Source: Octopus bimaculoides
Lineage: Eukaryota
NCBI RefSeq assembly: GCF_001194135.2
Contig: NC_068993.1
Span: 598,820-632,419 of the forward strand
Reading direction: 5' to 3'
DNA length: 33,600 nt
A model generated the notes under the pieces. That model searched no databases. It worked only from the letters and a program-made list of their open reading frames with translations, and was not told the DNA's origin. Position numbers and translations under genes: made by a program. Positions 33,494-33,600 of this stretch are shown here, piece after piece (position 1 is the first letter of the stretch; each line of letters opens with the position of its first letter).

Positions 33494-33600
33494 TTGATCC
33501 TTGACTTGTTTCAGTCATCAGACTGCGGCCATGCTGGAGCATCAACTTGAAGAATTTTAGGCAAATGAATCGACCCCAGGATTTATTTTTAAGGGCTGGT

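Overview
AT-rich, repeat-dense eukaryotic DNA with seven N-gaps, most of them bordered by microsatellites. The SINE, RTE, R4-like and mariner repeats resemble those of coleoid cephalopods such as Octopus; this is recognition, not a database match. The main gene is a minus-strand, multi-exon secreted-type M12B (reprolysin/ADAMTS-like) zinc metalloprotease. I reconstructed 12 phase-consistent GT-AG coding exons from 26194 down to the stop at 14720, about 587 aa. They encode a low-complexity N-terminal extension, a Cys-free prodomain with RHKR and RVKR, a catalytic domain with HEVGHLLGAPHD and a Met-turn, and an 8-Cys ADAMTS-type disintegrin-like domain. There is no thrombospondin, spacer or transmembrane region. 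The start/signal-peptide exon is unresolved. A possible plus-strand terminal exon encoding EFPPPPLP stops 7 nt from the protease stop codon, which suggests overlapping convergent genes. Other elements: a full-length but dead mariner, a TA-flanked MITE, a 91-bp Helitron-like element, RTE and R4/Dong-like LINE fragments, several SINE families, a dense WGATAA cluster and two CTCF-like motifs. Most short ORFs in the track are artefacts of gaps, microsatellites or antisense frames. I found no prokaryotic-type system such as CRISPR.
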